A DNA stretch of 55,528 nt from Candidatus Hydrogenedentota bacterium (GTDB taxonomy: Bacteria > Hydrogenedentota > Hydrogenedentia > Hydrogenedentales > SLHB01). Positions 29,747-39,870 of the stretch are shown in pieces. The notes beneath the pieces are model-generated. The model was given only the letters and a program-made list of their open reading frames with translations. It ran no database searches and was not told the DNA's origin. Positions within the stretch are counted from its first letter, which is position 1, and each line of letters opens with the position of its first letter. A program made the position numbers and the translations under genes. Where the stretch lies: assembly GCA_045863295.1 (NCBI GenBank), contig BTWA01000041.1, positions 1-55,528 on the forward strand. Reading direction: 5' to 3'.

Positions 29747-31591
29747 ATGCCAAAGGAAATACAGGAGACCGTGCAGTTGAGTCCCATGTTGGGTTTGGCG
29801 GTAATCCTAGTCATAGGCATTGCCTCACAATGGTTTGCTTGGCGGATCCGCGTGCCTTCCATTTTGATTCTACTGCTTTCTGGAATACTCGTAGGCCCTG
29901 TACTGGGTTGGGTACAGCCCGTAGCCTTATTCGGCAGTGCATTGACGCCTATTGTTTCATTCTCGGTCGCGTTGATCCTATTTGAGGGCGGGCTCAGCTT
30001 AAATTTCCGAGAATTGAAGGACATCAACCGAACGCTCTGGTTGTTGGTGTTGATCGGGGGAGTCGCAACGTGGCTATTGTCAGCGTTATTGGCCTGGACA
30101 GTACTTGGATTTGACGTTGAGCTGGCACTTTTACTGGGAGCTATTCTCATCGTGACTGGCCCCACGGTTGTGGGCCCGATCTTGCGTCAGATTCGTCCAA
30201 CGGGACCTGCGGGCCGTCTCATCAAATGGGAAGGTATCGTAATCGACCCGATAGGCGCCATGTTCGCCGTGCTCGTTTTTGACGCTATTCTGGAAGGAGA
30301 ACACGGTGGCGCGCCGTGGCTGATAGCATCGGGAATACTCAAGACCGTATTGGCCGGTGTTATTTTTGGGTGGGTGGGTGCGTGGGGGTTGGCAACTTTG
30401 TATGCACGGCGGTGGGTTCCGGACGAGTTGGACAACCCGGTAGCCGTAGCAACAGTCTTGTTGGCGTTCGTGTGCTCAAATGCCATTCAGAATGAGTCCG
30501 GATTGTTCACAGTTACGCTGATGGGGGTGCTGCTGGCCAATTGGCCGAAAATTGATATAAAACACATCGTTGAGTTCAAGGAAAACCTGCGGGTTTTCTT
30601 GATTTCCGGCCTGTTTATCATCCTGACGTCCCCAATTACCGTTACTGATATCCGTAGCTTGACCCTCTATCACGGCATCTTTCTTGTCCTGCTGATTCTT
30701 GTTGTACGTCCAGCTTCGGTACTTCTATCCATCGGTTTATCCAAATTGAACTGGCGCGATATGGCGCTCGTGATGAGCTTGGCACCTCGCGGAATAGTTG
30801 CGGCTTCTGTCGCCACCATTTTCTCTCATCGATTGGAACAAGCGGGGTTAGTGGGCGCGTCCGAACTTGTCCCCACGGTGTTTTTGGTCGTCGCGGGCAC
30901 CGTGGCGATTTATGGCCTCGGTGCCGGCCAAATCGCGTTACAACTGGGACTATCGGTTCCCAATCCCCAGGGGTTTTTGATCATAGGCGCGCACGATTGG
31001 GTGCGCAAGGTGGCAATCGCGTTGCGGGATAGCGGCGTAAAGGTTCAGGTGGCAGACACCAACTGGCGCAATGTGTCCGCTGCGCGTATGGAAGGGTTGG
31101 ATACTTACTATGGAAATGTACTGTCGAGCCGTTCCCGCGATGAACTGGATTTGGTGGGTATAGGAAATGTAATTGCAATGACTCCCAATGACGATGCGAA
31201 TTCTCTTTGCGCATTGAATTTCGCAGGTATATTGGGTCGATCCCATGGATTTCAATTGGCCGAAAGCAAGGCCAATCAGAAGCGTCCCGATTCCCAGCCG
31301 CATTCACACTTGCGCGGGCGCGAGGTGTGGAACAGTGGCTTGGATTTCACGGAATTGCAGAAGCGATTTCGAGATGGCTATTTCGTAAAGGTTACTACGT
31401 TGACGGATTCTTACGGGTTTGATGATTTCCAAAGGCACTACACTTCGGATGCGTGTGTGCTTTTTGTTCTGGGTCCGTCTGCGGGCGACGTGCGGGTTCA
31501 ACTGCCCGATTCGACCGCCAAGCCTCGAACCGGCCAGAAAATAATCGCGTTGATACCGCCTGCACGCGACGAAATTGAGTCTTCTTCTTGA
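29747..31591 (+). CDS. CPA1 (NhaP-like) cation:proton antiporter with TrkA-N/RCK-like domain
   Basis: About 12 TM helices; LFEGGL, TGPTVV.P, WEGIVIDP, APRGIVAA; C-terminal IIGAH Rossmann-like domain. Start uncertain (29747 or 29771). Confidence 0.9.
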   Translation: MPKEIQETVQLSPMLGLAVILVIGIASQWFAWRIRVPSILILLLSGILVGPVLGWVQPVALFGSALTPIVSFSVALILFEGGLSLNFRELKDINRTLWLLVLIGGVATWLLSALLAWTVLGFDVELALLLGAILIVTGPTVVGPILRQIRPTGPAGRLIKWEGIVIDPIGAMFAVLVFDAILEGEHGGAPWLIASGILKTVLAGVIFGWVGAWGLATLYARRWVPDELDNPVAVATVLLAFVCSNAIQNESGLFTVTLMGVLLANWPKIDIKHIVEFKENLRVFLISGLFIILTSPITVTDIRSLTLYHGIFLVLLILVVRPASVLLSIGLSKLNWRDMALVMSLAPRGIVAASVATIFSHRLEQAGLVGASELVPTVFLVVAGTVAIYGLGAGQIALQLGLSVPNPQGFLIIGAHDWVRKVAIALRDSGVKVQVADTNWRNVSAARMEGLDTYYGNVLSSRSRDELDLVGIGNVIAMTPNDDANSLCALNFAGILGRSHGFQLAESKANQKRPDSQPHSHLRGREVWNSGLDFTELQKRFRDGYFVKVTTLTDSYGFDDFQRHYTSDACVLFVLGPSAGDVRVQLPDSTAKPRTGQKIIALIPPARDEIESSS

Positions 31592-31654
31592 GACGGATAT
31601 TGGCATCTCGTCTGTGTTTGGCCGCGAATTACCCAAACGTGAACGGTTGAATAA

Positions 31655-33112
31655 ATGGTGTATTCAGATCGCCCTTATCAAACATTTGGCCCTGCACCGG
31701 AACTTCCGGCGGACTTGGAATGGGTTAATGTATCGGAGCCATTGACGCTGACGTCGAGTCGCGGCAAAGTCGTGTTGCTCCTGTTCTGGGCGCAGAGCAA
31801 TATTCACTGCATTCATGTAATTGACGATATCAAACACCTAATGGACTTGTACGGCGGCGCATTAGTCTTAATGGGCGTACACACACCCAAGTATCCGCGT
31901 GAATATCAGTCCGATGCCCTGCAAATGGGCTGCCGGAAATACGGTATTGAGTTTGCGGTCGCGAACGATTGCAACAGTGCGGTTTGGAAGCAGTACGGGG
32001 CGACGGCGTGGCCAACCCTATGTGTCGTCGACCCAGAAGGACGTGTTGCAGCTGCGTTTGCTGGCGAGGGACATCGCAATGACATTGAAGAGTGCATTGA
32101 AGAGATAGTTTCTTTTCATCGACGGGAAGGTCAATTGCACGAGAATTCCTCGCACCAATCATTGAATCTTTCGAACACGGATGCGAATACACATATGCCG
32201 GCCAAATTAGCCGTGGACGAAACCACGGGCGATGTGTTTATCAGCGATTCCGCTTACCACAGGATCCTTTGGACTGATCAAACGGGTAGGATTAAGTCTA
32301 TCATCGGTAACGGGAGTCCCGTGCTGAAAGACGGCACCCTCCAAGAGGCTGGCTTTTGTCGTCCGATGGGTCTTGCGCTTGGCGGCTCAAATTTATACGT
32401 TGCGGATTCGGGAAACCACGCAATTCGAATCGTTGATTTGAAGCAAAGAATGGTTTCCACGTTTGGTGGAAGCGGATTGCGTGGCAATGTGTACACCATG
32501 ACCGGAGGTACGGGCAGTCTTCTCAGTTCTCCGCAGGATCTCATCCTCATTGACGGCACCCTATATATTGCCATGGCGGGCAGCCATCAGATATGGAGGG
32601 CGTCGATAGCGACCGCGAACTTTCGACCGTTTGCGGGTAGCGGCATCTTGGGGTTAAAGGATGGGCCTGGATCTTCAGCACACTTGGCTCAGCCCAGTGG
32701 CATTGCGGCGGGGCGGGGTATTCTCTATGTCGCTGACGCGGAAAGCAGCGCCTTGCGGGCGGTAGATTTGCGCGATGAAGGAAGTGTTCACACGTTGGTG
32801 GGCACTGGGCTGTACAGTTTTGGAGATAGCGTTGGATCGACCGCAGAAGCTCGCCTGCAGCACCCAACCGGGGTGTCATACCACGACGGGAAAATCTACG
32901 TGGCGGATTCATACAATCACACGATTAAGATTGTGTATCCGGCCACCAAGCAGGTGGAAAGGTTTGCTTTGGATCATTTGGATACCGGACTTCTCGACCC
33001 CACAGACATTGTTGTCGCTTGCGGCCGCCTGCACATCGCTGACACTGGCAACGGGCGCGTAGTCGTTTTGAATCTGGAGGACAATACACCGATGCCCTTC
33101 GAACTTGTCTAG
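31655..33112 (+). CDS. Thioredoxin-like + NHL-repeat protein (NHLRC2-like)
   Basis: APEL....W.N, RGKVVLL.FW, GVHTPKY..E, AWPT, GEGH, YIAMAGSHQIW, LAQPSG, LQHP.GV. Confidence 0.88.
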   Translation: MVYSDRPYQTFGPAPELPADLEWVNVSEPLTLTSSRGKVVLLLFWAQSNIHCIHVIDDIKHLMDLYGGALVLMGVHTPKYPREYQSDALQMGCRKYGIEFAVANDCNSAVWKQYGATAWPTLCVVDPEGRVAAAFAGEGHRNDIEECIEEIVSFHRREGQLHENSSHQSLNLSNTDANTHMPAKLAVDETTGDVFISDSAYHRILWTDQTGRIKSIIGNGSPVLKDGTLQEAGFCRPMGLALGGSNLYVADSGNHAIRIVDLKQRMVSTFGGSGLRGNVYTMTGGTGSLLSSPQDLILIDGTLYIAMAGSHQIWRASIATANFRPFAGSGILGLKDGPGSSAHLAQPSGIAAGRGILYVADAESSALRAVDLRDEGSVHTLVGTGLYSFGDSVGSTAEARLQHPTGVSYHDGKIYVADSYNHTIKIVYPATKQVERFALDHLDTGLLDPTDIVVACGRLHIADTGNGRVVVLNLEDNTPMPFELV

Positions 33113-33113
33113 T

Positions 33114-33464
33114 CTATTTGGTCTCCAATGTGCCTGTGGCTGCTTCATGGAGTCTTCGTTCGTATATCCCGTGATGCGAAGCATTCCACACTGCTTTGCC
33201 ATCGTCTACCAGAATAATTTGCGGAGACTTGTGAAGCACGTCCAACCGTTCGGCAATACTATTGGAAACGGGCCGTTCTTCAATAACGCGAACCATGTAG
33301 ACCACGGGATCACTTTCGCGACGGGATTCGGAGTACCTATCCACTTCGTGAAGCGCTGCTTGCGAAATGGGGCACGCTGTACTGTGCTTAAACAGAAAGA
33401 TGGGATTCTGAGCCGAATCGTTTAGGGCGGCTTCCAGTTGATCCAGACTGGCAAGGGGTTTCAT
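33114..33464 (-). CDS. ytxJ: YtxJ/BrxC-like monothiol redox protein (DUF2847)
   Basis: FLFKHSTACPIS, R.VSN.IAE.L.V.H.SPQ, WNASH motifs; AAAGGAG RBS before ATG 33464. Confidence 0.85.
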   Translation of the reverse strand: MKPLASLDQLEAALNDSAQNPIFLFKHSTACPISQAALHEVDRYSESRRESDPVVYMVRVIEERPVSNSIAERLDVLHKSPQIILVDDGKAVWNASHHGIYERRLHEAATGTLETK

Positions 33465-33561
33465 GAATGCTCCTTTGGGGGGAGACTGAAAGATCGAAAT
33501 GAATCGTTTTTGAACGAACTCGAAGATCATATCACAGTTGCTTTCCATGTATACAGTCTGC

Positions 33562-35277
33562 TCATACCTGGTCGGTGGTGAGAGACTGTTGTGGTGATCC
33601 GGGAGGTGCGACGCAGACGCGATTCCGGCCTTCGGCTTTGGCACGGTATAGCGCTTTGTCTGCCTGTGCGATAAGCAATTCGCCCGCGGATCCATGTTCA
33701 GGAAAAGAACAGACTCCGATCGATACCGTAATTGCGGGCAAGGTCTCTCCGTTGTGCAACACCGACAATCCTTGAACCTCTGAAGCGATTTCCTCTGCCC
33801 TGCGACATGTGTTCTCAAAGTCGGACTCCGGCAACAAGAGAGCAAATTCCTCACCGCCATAGCGGCAAGCGAGATCGCTCCCCCGCACCCGGCTCTTCAG
33901 GATTTGTCCAAACGATTTCAGCACAGCGTCGCCGGCTTGGTGACCGAACTTGTCATTAAACGACTTGAAGTGATCGACATCGATCAGCATTACTCCGACG
34001 CCATGCTTGCTTCTGTTGGCGCGGCTAATCTCACGACGCAACGATTCTTCAAGATAGCGCCGGTTGAACAGTCCTGTCAGGCTGTCGGTTATGGATTGAT
34101 TCAACAACTGTTCGCGCAACAGGAGATTGGACAAGGCCATCCCGACGCCGCGCGCGACCGATTCCACTACGTTCCGCTTTGCTTCGTCCATGTCGTCCAG
34201 ATCGATATCCGCCAAGACCATGGTTCCCAGTGTTTCCCCCAGCGCGCTCATTGGCATACATGTGAACGATCGTTCAACAGGCCGGTCGTGATGACTACAG
34301 CCGATGCCGGCTTCCTTGCGGGTCACGTGGGGCCGTCCCATGCGCAACGCCCAACAAGACTGAGGATCGAAATCGTGGTTGCCGGGTGGATGGTCGCCCC
34401 AACGGGCTTCCACAGATACGAGATTGCGCGACGAGCGCGTGATACACAGCGCGCCGGAGGTGCCAGGAAAGGCCCTCTCCAAGAAGCTCTGCACTGCATC
34501 ATAGGTTTCCGAACGGTTGCGACACGCCTGAAGTATATGTCCCAATTCGCCCAACGCAGAAATTTCGGCATTTCGCGATTCGAGTTCAGTAATCCAGCGG
34601 GTCATCTGTTCGTTCGCGTTGCGTAGCTCCTTTTCCGCCAATTGCCTAGTGAGCACTTGCTGATTCAACAGCATCATGCACGTGAGCAGCACAATGAAGC
34701 CAAACGCCATGCCCGCAGTAAGCGCATACATAGTGTTGCGTTCGGCTGAATCGCGACGTTCCCTGCGCGCTTCAAGAAGGTTCAATTCGGATTCTTCAAA
34801 ATCGATTAATGCAGCGTGAAATTCATTGGCGAGCGCCATACCCTCCTGAATGGCAGCCCATTGTTTCACGGGCAAGTTGGCTTCGCTCTCCGTCGCTTTA
34901 AAGGCATTCTCCAACTGAACGTGGCGTTCGTTCATGAGCGTGTTGATGGCGGTGAGGCGATTGCGTTGTTCGGGATTGTCTTCAGTAAGGTCCCAAAGTT
35001 CTTCGTAGAAGACCCGAGATTTTTCCATTGCGACGGCAAATTCACCGGCCAACTCGCTGCTGGGAGAAAGTGCCGCTGCCCGGCGGACGCTTTCGGCTTC
35101 GCGCATTGCGGCGTTGAGCGCCTGGGTCTTCGCGATGATTACGTGGGTGTGTTCGACCCACCGCGCCTCGTCAAACAACCGGTTTGCAATCCATAGCGCG
35201 CCCAAGCTGACTATCGCCATGGCCGCACACGCTAATAGCAAGGCCGTTGTTAATTTGGGTCCGACGTGCCACTTCAT
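33562..35277 (-). CDS. Membrane diguanylate cyclase (CHASE3-GAF-GGDEF)
   Basis: Two TM helices flanking WVEHT..V..AES..R..LTEDNPEQ (CHASE3); CWALRMG GAF; DSLTGLFNRR, DVDHFK..ND..GH..GD, RGSD I-site, GGEEF. Confidence 0.93.
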   Translation of the reverse strand: MKWHVGPKLTTALLLACAAMAIVSLGALWIANRLFDEARWVEHTHVIIAKTQALNAAMREAESVRRAAALSPSSELAGEFAVAMEKSRVFYEELWDLTEDNPEQRNRLTAINTLMNERHVQLENAFKATESEANLPVKQWAAIQEGMALANEFHAALIDFEESELNLLEARRERRDSAERNTMYALTAGMAFGFIVLLTCMMLLNQQVLTRQLAEKELRNANEQMTRWITELESRNAEISALGELGHILQACRNRSETYDAVQSFLERAFPGTSGALCITRSSRNLVSVEARWGDHPPGNHDFDPQSCWALRMGRPHVTRKEAGIGCSHHDRPVERSFTCMPMSALGETLGTMVLADIDLDDMDEAKRNVVESVARGVGMALSNLLLREQLLNQSITDSLTGLFNRRYLEESLRREISRANRSKHGVGVMLIDVDHFKSFNDKFGHQAGDAVLKSFGQILKSRVRGSDLACRYGGEEFALLLPESDFENTCRRAEEIASEVQGLSVLHNGETLPAITVSIGVCSFPEHGSAGELLIAQADKALYRAKAEGRNRVCVAPPGSPQQSLTTDQV

Positions 35278-35587
35278 CGGAGGATCCTTTTCCCCAGCAT
35301 CACGGGCAAATCGTATGTAAGTATATCATATCACAGCGATTAGGACCAGTCGACAAATGATTACGCATATATATGGCATTGCTGCGCACAAATATTGAAT
35401 ATAGACCTAAGGTATAGTAATGAGGTCTTTTTGCGCTCATCAGCAGCGATGTTTTATCCATGGCAGTTGACACTGCCTTTCAACTCATGACCGTCAGTTA
35501 CGCGAAAGCACAAATTGAGCAAAAGCACCCATAACTGCTATGATTTCAAGGTCTTGAGGCAAAGTTGTGTAAAACCTGGGATACTCC

Positions 35588-36934
35588 ATGGCGGACAAAG
35601 CATATATCCAGACGTTTGGCTGTCAAATGAATGAACACGATAGCCAGCGCATGGGTGAAGTCCTCAAATCTGAGGGTTACGAGATCACTGCGTCGGTAGA
35701 CGATGCGTCGCTCATTTTGGTGAACACCTGTTCTGTACGCCACAACCCTGAGAACAAGGTCTACAGTCAACTGGGCCGTTGGCGTTCAGTGAAGGCGGCG
35801 AATCCGAACGTAATCATTGGGGTAGGCGGCTGCGTGGCTCAACAGGAAGGCGAAACCATTCTCAAGCGAGAGAAGTGCGTCGATATGGTTTTTGGTCCTG
35901 ACAACCTGTTTAAGCTTCCTGAGATGCTTGCCCGGGTCAAACAGGGTGAGCGGGTACTGATGACCAAGTGGCAGAAACGCCCCGCCGACCGCATCCAGAA
36001 TTTTGTGCCGGAGGAATGGGTAGAGCGTGGCCATGTGGATGGTTGTAAGGCCTACGTATCCATTACGAAAGGCTGCGACAACTTTTGCACATTTTGCGTC
36101 GTACCCTTTACCAGGGGGCGGGAAGTCTCGCGCGATCCCGCCAATATTCTGCGTGAAGTACGTTCATTGGTTGAACATGGGGCTCGGGAAATCTGGCTGT
36201 TGGGACAGAATGTCAATTCCTACCGCGCAGGGGATTACAGTTTTTTCGAGTTGCTTGACGAAATTTCCCGTGTGGATGGGCTGTATCGCGTTCGCTTTAC
36301 GTCGCCGCATCCCAACGATTGGAACAACCGTCTATCGGATTTGATGGCCGATCGTAAGACGATATGCAATCAATTGCATCTCCCTTTTCAATCCGGATCC
36401 GATCGGCTGCTTCGTATAATGAACCGGCAACACACGCGTGACGAGTATCTGGCAAAGATTAGATATATGAAGGACATCAACCCTGACATCGAACTAAGCA
36501 CCGATCTGATAGTCGGGTTTCCAGGCGAGACCGAAGACGATTTCGAATGGACGTTGCGCATATTAGGTGAAGTTCAATTTGGCCAGGTTTTTCCGTTCAA
36601 GTACTCGCCTCGTCCAGGTACCAAGGCGTCGGACATGGCTGACGATGTTCCGCGCGAAGTCAAGGAAGAACGCCTGGCGCGTGTGATTGACCTGCAGGAA
36701 TCCATTAACGAATCCTTGATTGAGGGGTACTTGGGAACCGAACAGGAAGTGCTCATTGATAGCGCGTCATCCAAGAAGCGGGGGGTAATGAATGGTCGAA
36801 CCGACGGCTACCGTCCGGTAGAAGTCCACGACGCCCGCCTCGATATCGGTGATCTGGTTCGTGTCCAGATAAGTGGCCGTCATAAGTATTGGCTAGAAGG
36901 TATTGTCGAAAAAGGTGCGTTGGCGGCGATTTGA
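35588..36934 (+). CDS. miaB: tRNA-2-methylthio-N6-dimethylallyladenosine synthase MiaB
   Basis: TFGCQMNEHDS, NTCSVR, GCVAQ, CDNFCTFC radical-SAM motif, FTSPHP, YSPRPGT, TRAM domain. Confidence 0.95.
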   Translation: MADKAYIQTFGCQMNEHDSQRMGEVLKSEGYEITASVDDASLILVNTCSVRHNPENKVYSQLGRWRSVKAANPNVIIGVGGCVAQQEGETILKREKCVDMVFGPDNLFKLPEMLARVKQGERVLMTKWQKRPADRIQNFVPEEWVERGHVDGCKAYVSITKGCDNFCTFCVVPFTRGREVSRDPANILREVRSLVEHGAREIWLLGQNVNSYRAGDYSFFELLDEISRVDGLYRVRFTSPHPNDWNNRLSDLMADRKTICNQLHLPFQSGSDRLLRIMNRQHTRDEYLAKIRYMKDINPDIELSTDLIVGFPGETEDDFEWTLRILGEVQFGQVFPFKYSPRPGTKASDMADDVPREVKEERLARVIDLQESINESLIEGYLGTEQEVLIDSASSKKRGVMNGRTDGYRPVEVHDARLDIGDLVRVQISGRHKYWLEGIVEKGALAAI

Positions 36935-36991
36935 TGTGTTGTCCGGCTCGGCCGACGCTCGATGTACCAGTGGCAGGGTGAATCTACATAC

Positions 36992-38518
36992 ATGAACGTT
37001 CGTTTGGTATTGAATGAATCCCTCGGGACTCCCAGCGGAGACGCTTGTCTGGTCTATGCACTCGGTACAGGGGCATCCGGCAAAATGACCGACGACGCCA
37101 TACGTTCCGCATCGGTCCGCTTGCAGTCTGACGGCGTGCTGAAGTCGGACACGGGATCGTGGTTTTTATTGCCTACGCCCGGGGGAGCGTATCGGGCCGT
37201 TGGATTCCTGGGAGCTACCGGCACCAACGAACTCGGCGACCGAGAGAAATTTCGTAGGGCCGGCGGAACGGCCGCCGCTTCCATTGCGACGATGCAGGCC
37301 ACCACCTTGATAATCGATGCCACAGGCGATACACGGTGGCCTGTGGAGGCGTTTCTTGAAGGCCTTGTTTTGGGTCAATACCGTTTTGACAAACACTTCA
37401 AGCAAACCGAACGTGATAAGCCCTTGTTTTTGGACGAAGTCGTTGTCGTGGTGGAGAACGAAGTCCAGAAAGGTCTTCTGTCTTCCGTGTGCCGGGAAGC
37501 TGTCCAGGCGTGTGAACATGCGAATTGGGCGCGCGACCTTGCAAACGAACCGCCCAATCGGCTCACCCCCGCACAACTCGCGTATGAAGCAAAAACGCTA
37601 TGCGAGCATTTTGGCTTGACGTATGACTTTGTTGACGAAGGCCAAATGGCGGAATTGGGGCTTGAAGCGTTGCTTAGCGTGGCCAAAGGGTCTCGCGAGC
37701 CGGCCAAGCTCGTATTTGTTTCGTACCACTACGGCGATCATGTGCCAACCGTGGCGCTGGTGGGCAAGGGTATTACCTTTGACACCGGTGGGGTCAGCAT
37801 TAAGTCGGCGGAGCGCATGCACGAAATGAAGTACGATATGTGCGGCGCGGCTGCTGTGCTGGGCGCCGTCCGGGCCGTTGCCTCAACTAAACCTGCACTA
37901 AACGTTATTGGCGTATTGCCTCTGGCGGAGAATGTGGTGGGCTCCCGAGCGATGAAACCCGGAGACATTGTCCGGGCGTTCAATGGGAAGACAATAGAAA
38001 TACACAATACGGACGCCGAGGGCAGGTTAATTCTGTGCGACGCCCTCGCCTATACGGCGGCTGTATACAAACCTGACATGATGATCGATCTGGCTACGCT
38101 GACTGGTGCCGCCATAGTGGCATTGGGGCACTACGCCGCAGGCATGATCGCCACGTCCGATTCTCTAGCCGCGGACCTGGAGGCGGCCGGCCAAGAGTGC
38201 GGTGAACGACTTTGGCGGTTGCCGTTGTGGCAGGACTACCAGGACATGATCAAGGGCACGCACGCCGATCTGTGCAATATAGGCCCTGCCCGTGAGGCTG
38301 GTACGATTGTAGGCGGTGCGTTTCTGCGTGAGTTTGTGGGGGAGATACCTTGGGCTCATCTGGATATTGCCGGAACGGCTTGGGGTGTACGCGGGGTGCC
38401 ATACTGGAGTGAAAAGCATGCGACTGGATTCGGCGTGCGGCTGTTGCTTCAGTGGATACAAAACGAATCAGCCAAACACCAGGGCGACAAAGCCCCTGAA
38501 ATGACGCTGCCAAAATGA
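36992..38518 (+). CDS. pepA: Leucyl aminopeptidase (M17)
   Basis: LVGKGITFDTGG, MKYDMCGAA, NTDAEGRL, DLATLTGA, WAHLDIAG. Confidence 0.95.
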   Translation: MNVRLVLNESLGTPSGDACLVYALGTGASGKMTDDAIRSASVRLQSDGVLKSDTGSWFLLPTPGGAYRAVGFLGATGTNELGDREKFRRAGGTAAASIATMQATTLIIDATGDTRWPVEAFLEGLVLGQYRFDKHFKQTERDKPLFLDEVVVVVENEVQKGLLSSVCREAVQACEHANWARDLANEPPNRLTPAQLAYEAKTLCEHFGLTYDFVDEGQMAELGLEALLSVAKGSREPAKLVFVSYHYGDHVPTVALVGKGITFDTGGVSIKSAERMHEMKYDMCGAAAVLGAVRAVASTKPALNVIGVLPLAENVVGSRAMKPGDIVRAFNGKTIEIHNTDAEGRLILCDALAYTAAVYKPDMMIDLATLTGAAIVALGHYAAGMIATSDSLAADLEAAGQECGERLWRLPLWQDYQDMIKGTHADLCNIGPAREAGTIVGGAFLREFVGEIPWAHLDIAGTAWGVRGVPYWSEKHATGFGVRLLLQWIQNESAKHQGDKAPEMTLPK

Positions 38519-39870
38519 ATTCGGGAGACTTCACTCGTAACCATGCCAAACGGGCATCCGTGCATACGCTGGGGTGCCGGCTCAATCAATCCGAATCGGC
38601 GATTCTCGAAGAGCGTTTGACCCAGGACGGGTACGAACTAGTGCCGTTTGGCGAGCCTGCCGATTTAGGTATCATCAATACGTGCACGGTAACGGGTGAG
38701 GCCGACGCAAAATCCCGCCAGTTGCTCCGCTCGTTTATTCGCAAGAATCCAAATGCTTATACGGCCGTCATTGGCTGCTATGCGCAGATGGGGCACAAGG
38801 CACTCGCTGAAATAGAAGGTGTTGACCTGATTGTCGGCAATCAAGAGAAACTGAACATTCTTGACTATGTAACCGCAGGGAAAAACACAGCTCCACTGGT
38901 TGTGCGTGACCGGATAGACAGAGACGATTTCGCCATTGAAGTATCCGGGCTGGGAGAATTGACTCGCCGCAGCAACCTCAAGATACAAGACGGCTGCGAT
39001 TTTATGTGTAGTTTTTGCATTATTCCGTTTGCGCGAGGGCGTGCCCGCAGCCGGTCTCTCGACAATATTCTTGAAGAAGCCCGCCGATTGGTGGAGCGCG
39101 GTGCGCGCGAACTTATAGTAACCGGTGTCAATGTCGGCACCTATGAATGGAACGGGTACACCCTTTCCGATGTTGTTAGCCGTCTGAACGAAAATGAGGA
39201 CCTGAAACGCATACGTATCAGTTCCATTGAGCCGACAACGGTTCCCGAGGATCTGCTGGAATGGATGGCCGATCCGGGCCATAAGCTAGTCCCGTACTTG
39301 CACTTACCGCTACAGTCCGGGTCCAATTCGATATTGAGTGCAATGCGCCGGAAATACACCCGGGAAGAATACTGGTCGTATATCGATCATGCATGTGCCT
39401 GTGTGCCAGACCTGTGTGTCGGATCGGATATTCTGGTGGGTTTTCCTGGCGAGGACGACGCCACATTTGACGAAACACTGAATTTGCTCCAGAACAGTCC
39501 GCTGGCCTACGCGCACGTGTTTAAGTATTCCGAGCGGGCGGGTACGGCTTCGGTACGGATGGGAGCCAAAGTGTCGCCACAGGTAATAAACCGTCGAAGT
39601 GCCCTTATTCGTAGGGTGAGCAACGAGAAAAAACGTTCCTTTTTTGAGTCCTTCGTGGGGAGAACGGTCGAAGTCCTTTTCGAATGTGAAGAAAACGGCT
39701 TTTGGACGGGGTACACAGGGAATTACATTCGCGTCGCAGTGCGTTCCACCATCAGGTTGACAAATTTGACGAAGAAGGTCACTCTGACAGGGGTCCAAGG
39801 TGACTGGGCAATTGGCTGTCTAACAATGGAATCCGGCATTGATGCCGGATCGGTGGTGTATGCAGACTGA
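38515..39870 (+). CDS. mtaB: tRNA t6A37 methylthiotransferase MtaB
   Basis: TLGCRLNQSES, INTCTVT..AD.KSRQ, GCYAQ, LKIQDGCDFMCSFCIIP.ARG, RISSIEP, HVFKYSER.GT. Confidence 0.93.
   Translation: MNSGDFTRNHAKRASVHTLGCRLNQSESAILEERLTQDGYELVPFGEPADLGIINTCTVTGEADAKSRQLLRSFIRKNPNAYTAVIGCYAQMGHKALAEIEGVDLIVGNQEKLNILDYVTAGKNTAPLVVRDRIDRDDFAIEVSGLGELTRRSNLKIQDGCDFMCSFCIIPFARGRARSRSLDNILEEARRLVERGARELIVTGVNVGTYEWNGYTLSDVVSRLNENEDLKRIRISSIEPTTVPEDLLEWMADPGHKLVPYLHLPLQSGSNSILSAMRRKYTREEYWSYIDHACACVPDLCVGSDILVGFPGEDDATFDETLNLLQNSPLAYAHVFKYSERAGTASVRMGAKVSPQVINRRSALIRRVSNEKKRSFFESFVGRTVEVLFECEENGFWTGYTGNYIRVAVRSTIRLTNLTKKVTLTGVQGDWAIGCLTMESGIDAGSVVYAD

Noticed and set aside
33465..33860. N-terminal 132 aa of the 248-aa ORF
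   Set aside because: Overlaps the diguanylate cyclase; the YtxJ-like protein starts at ATG 33464 with a strong RBS.
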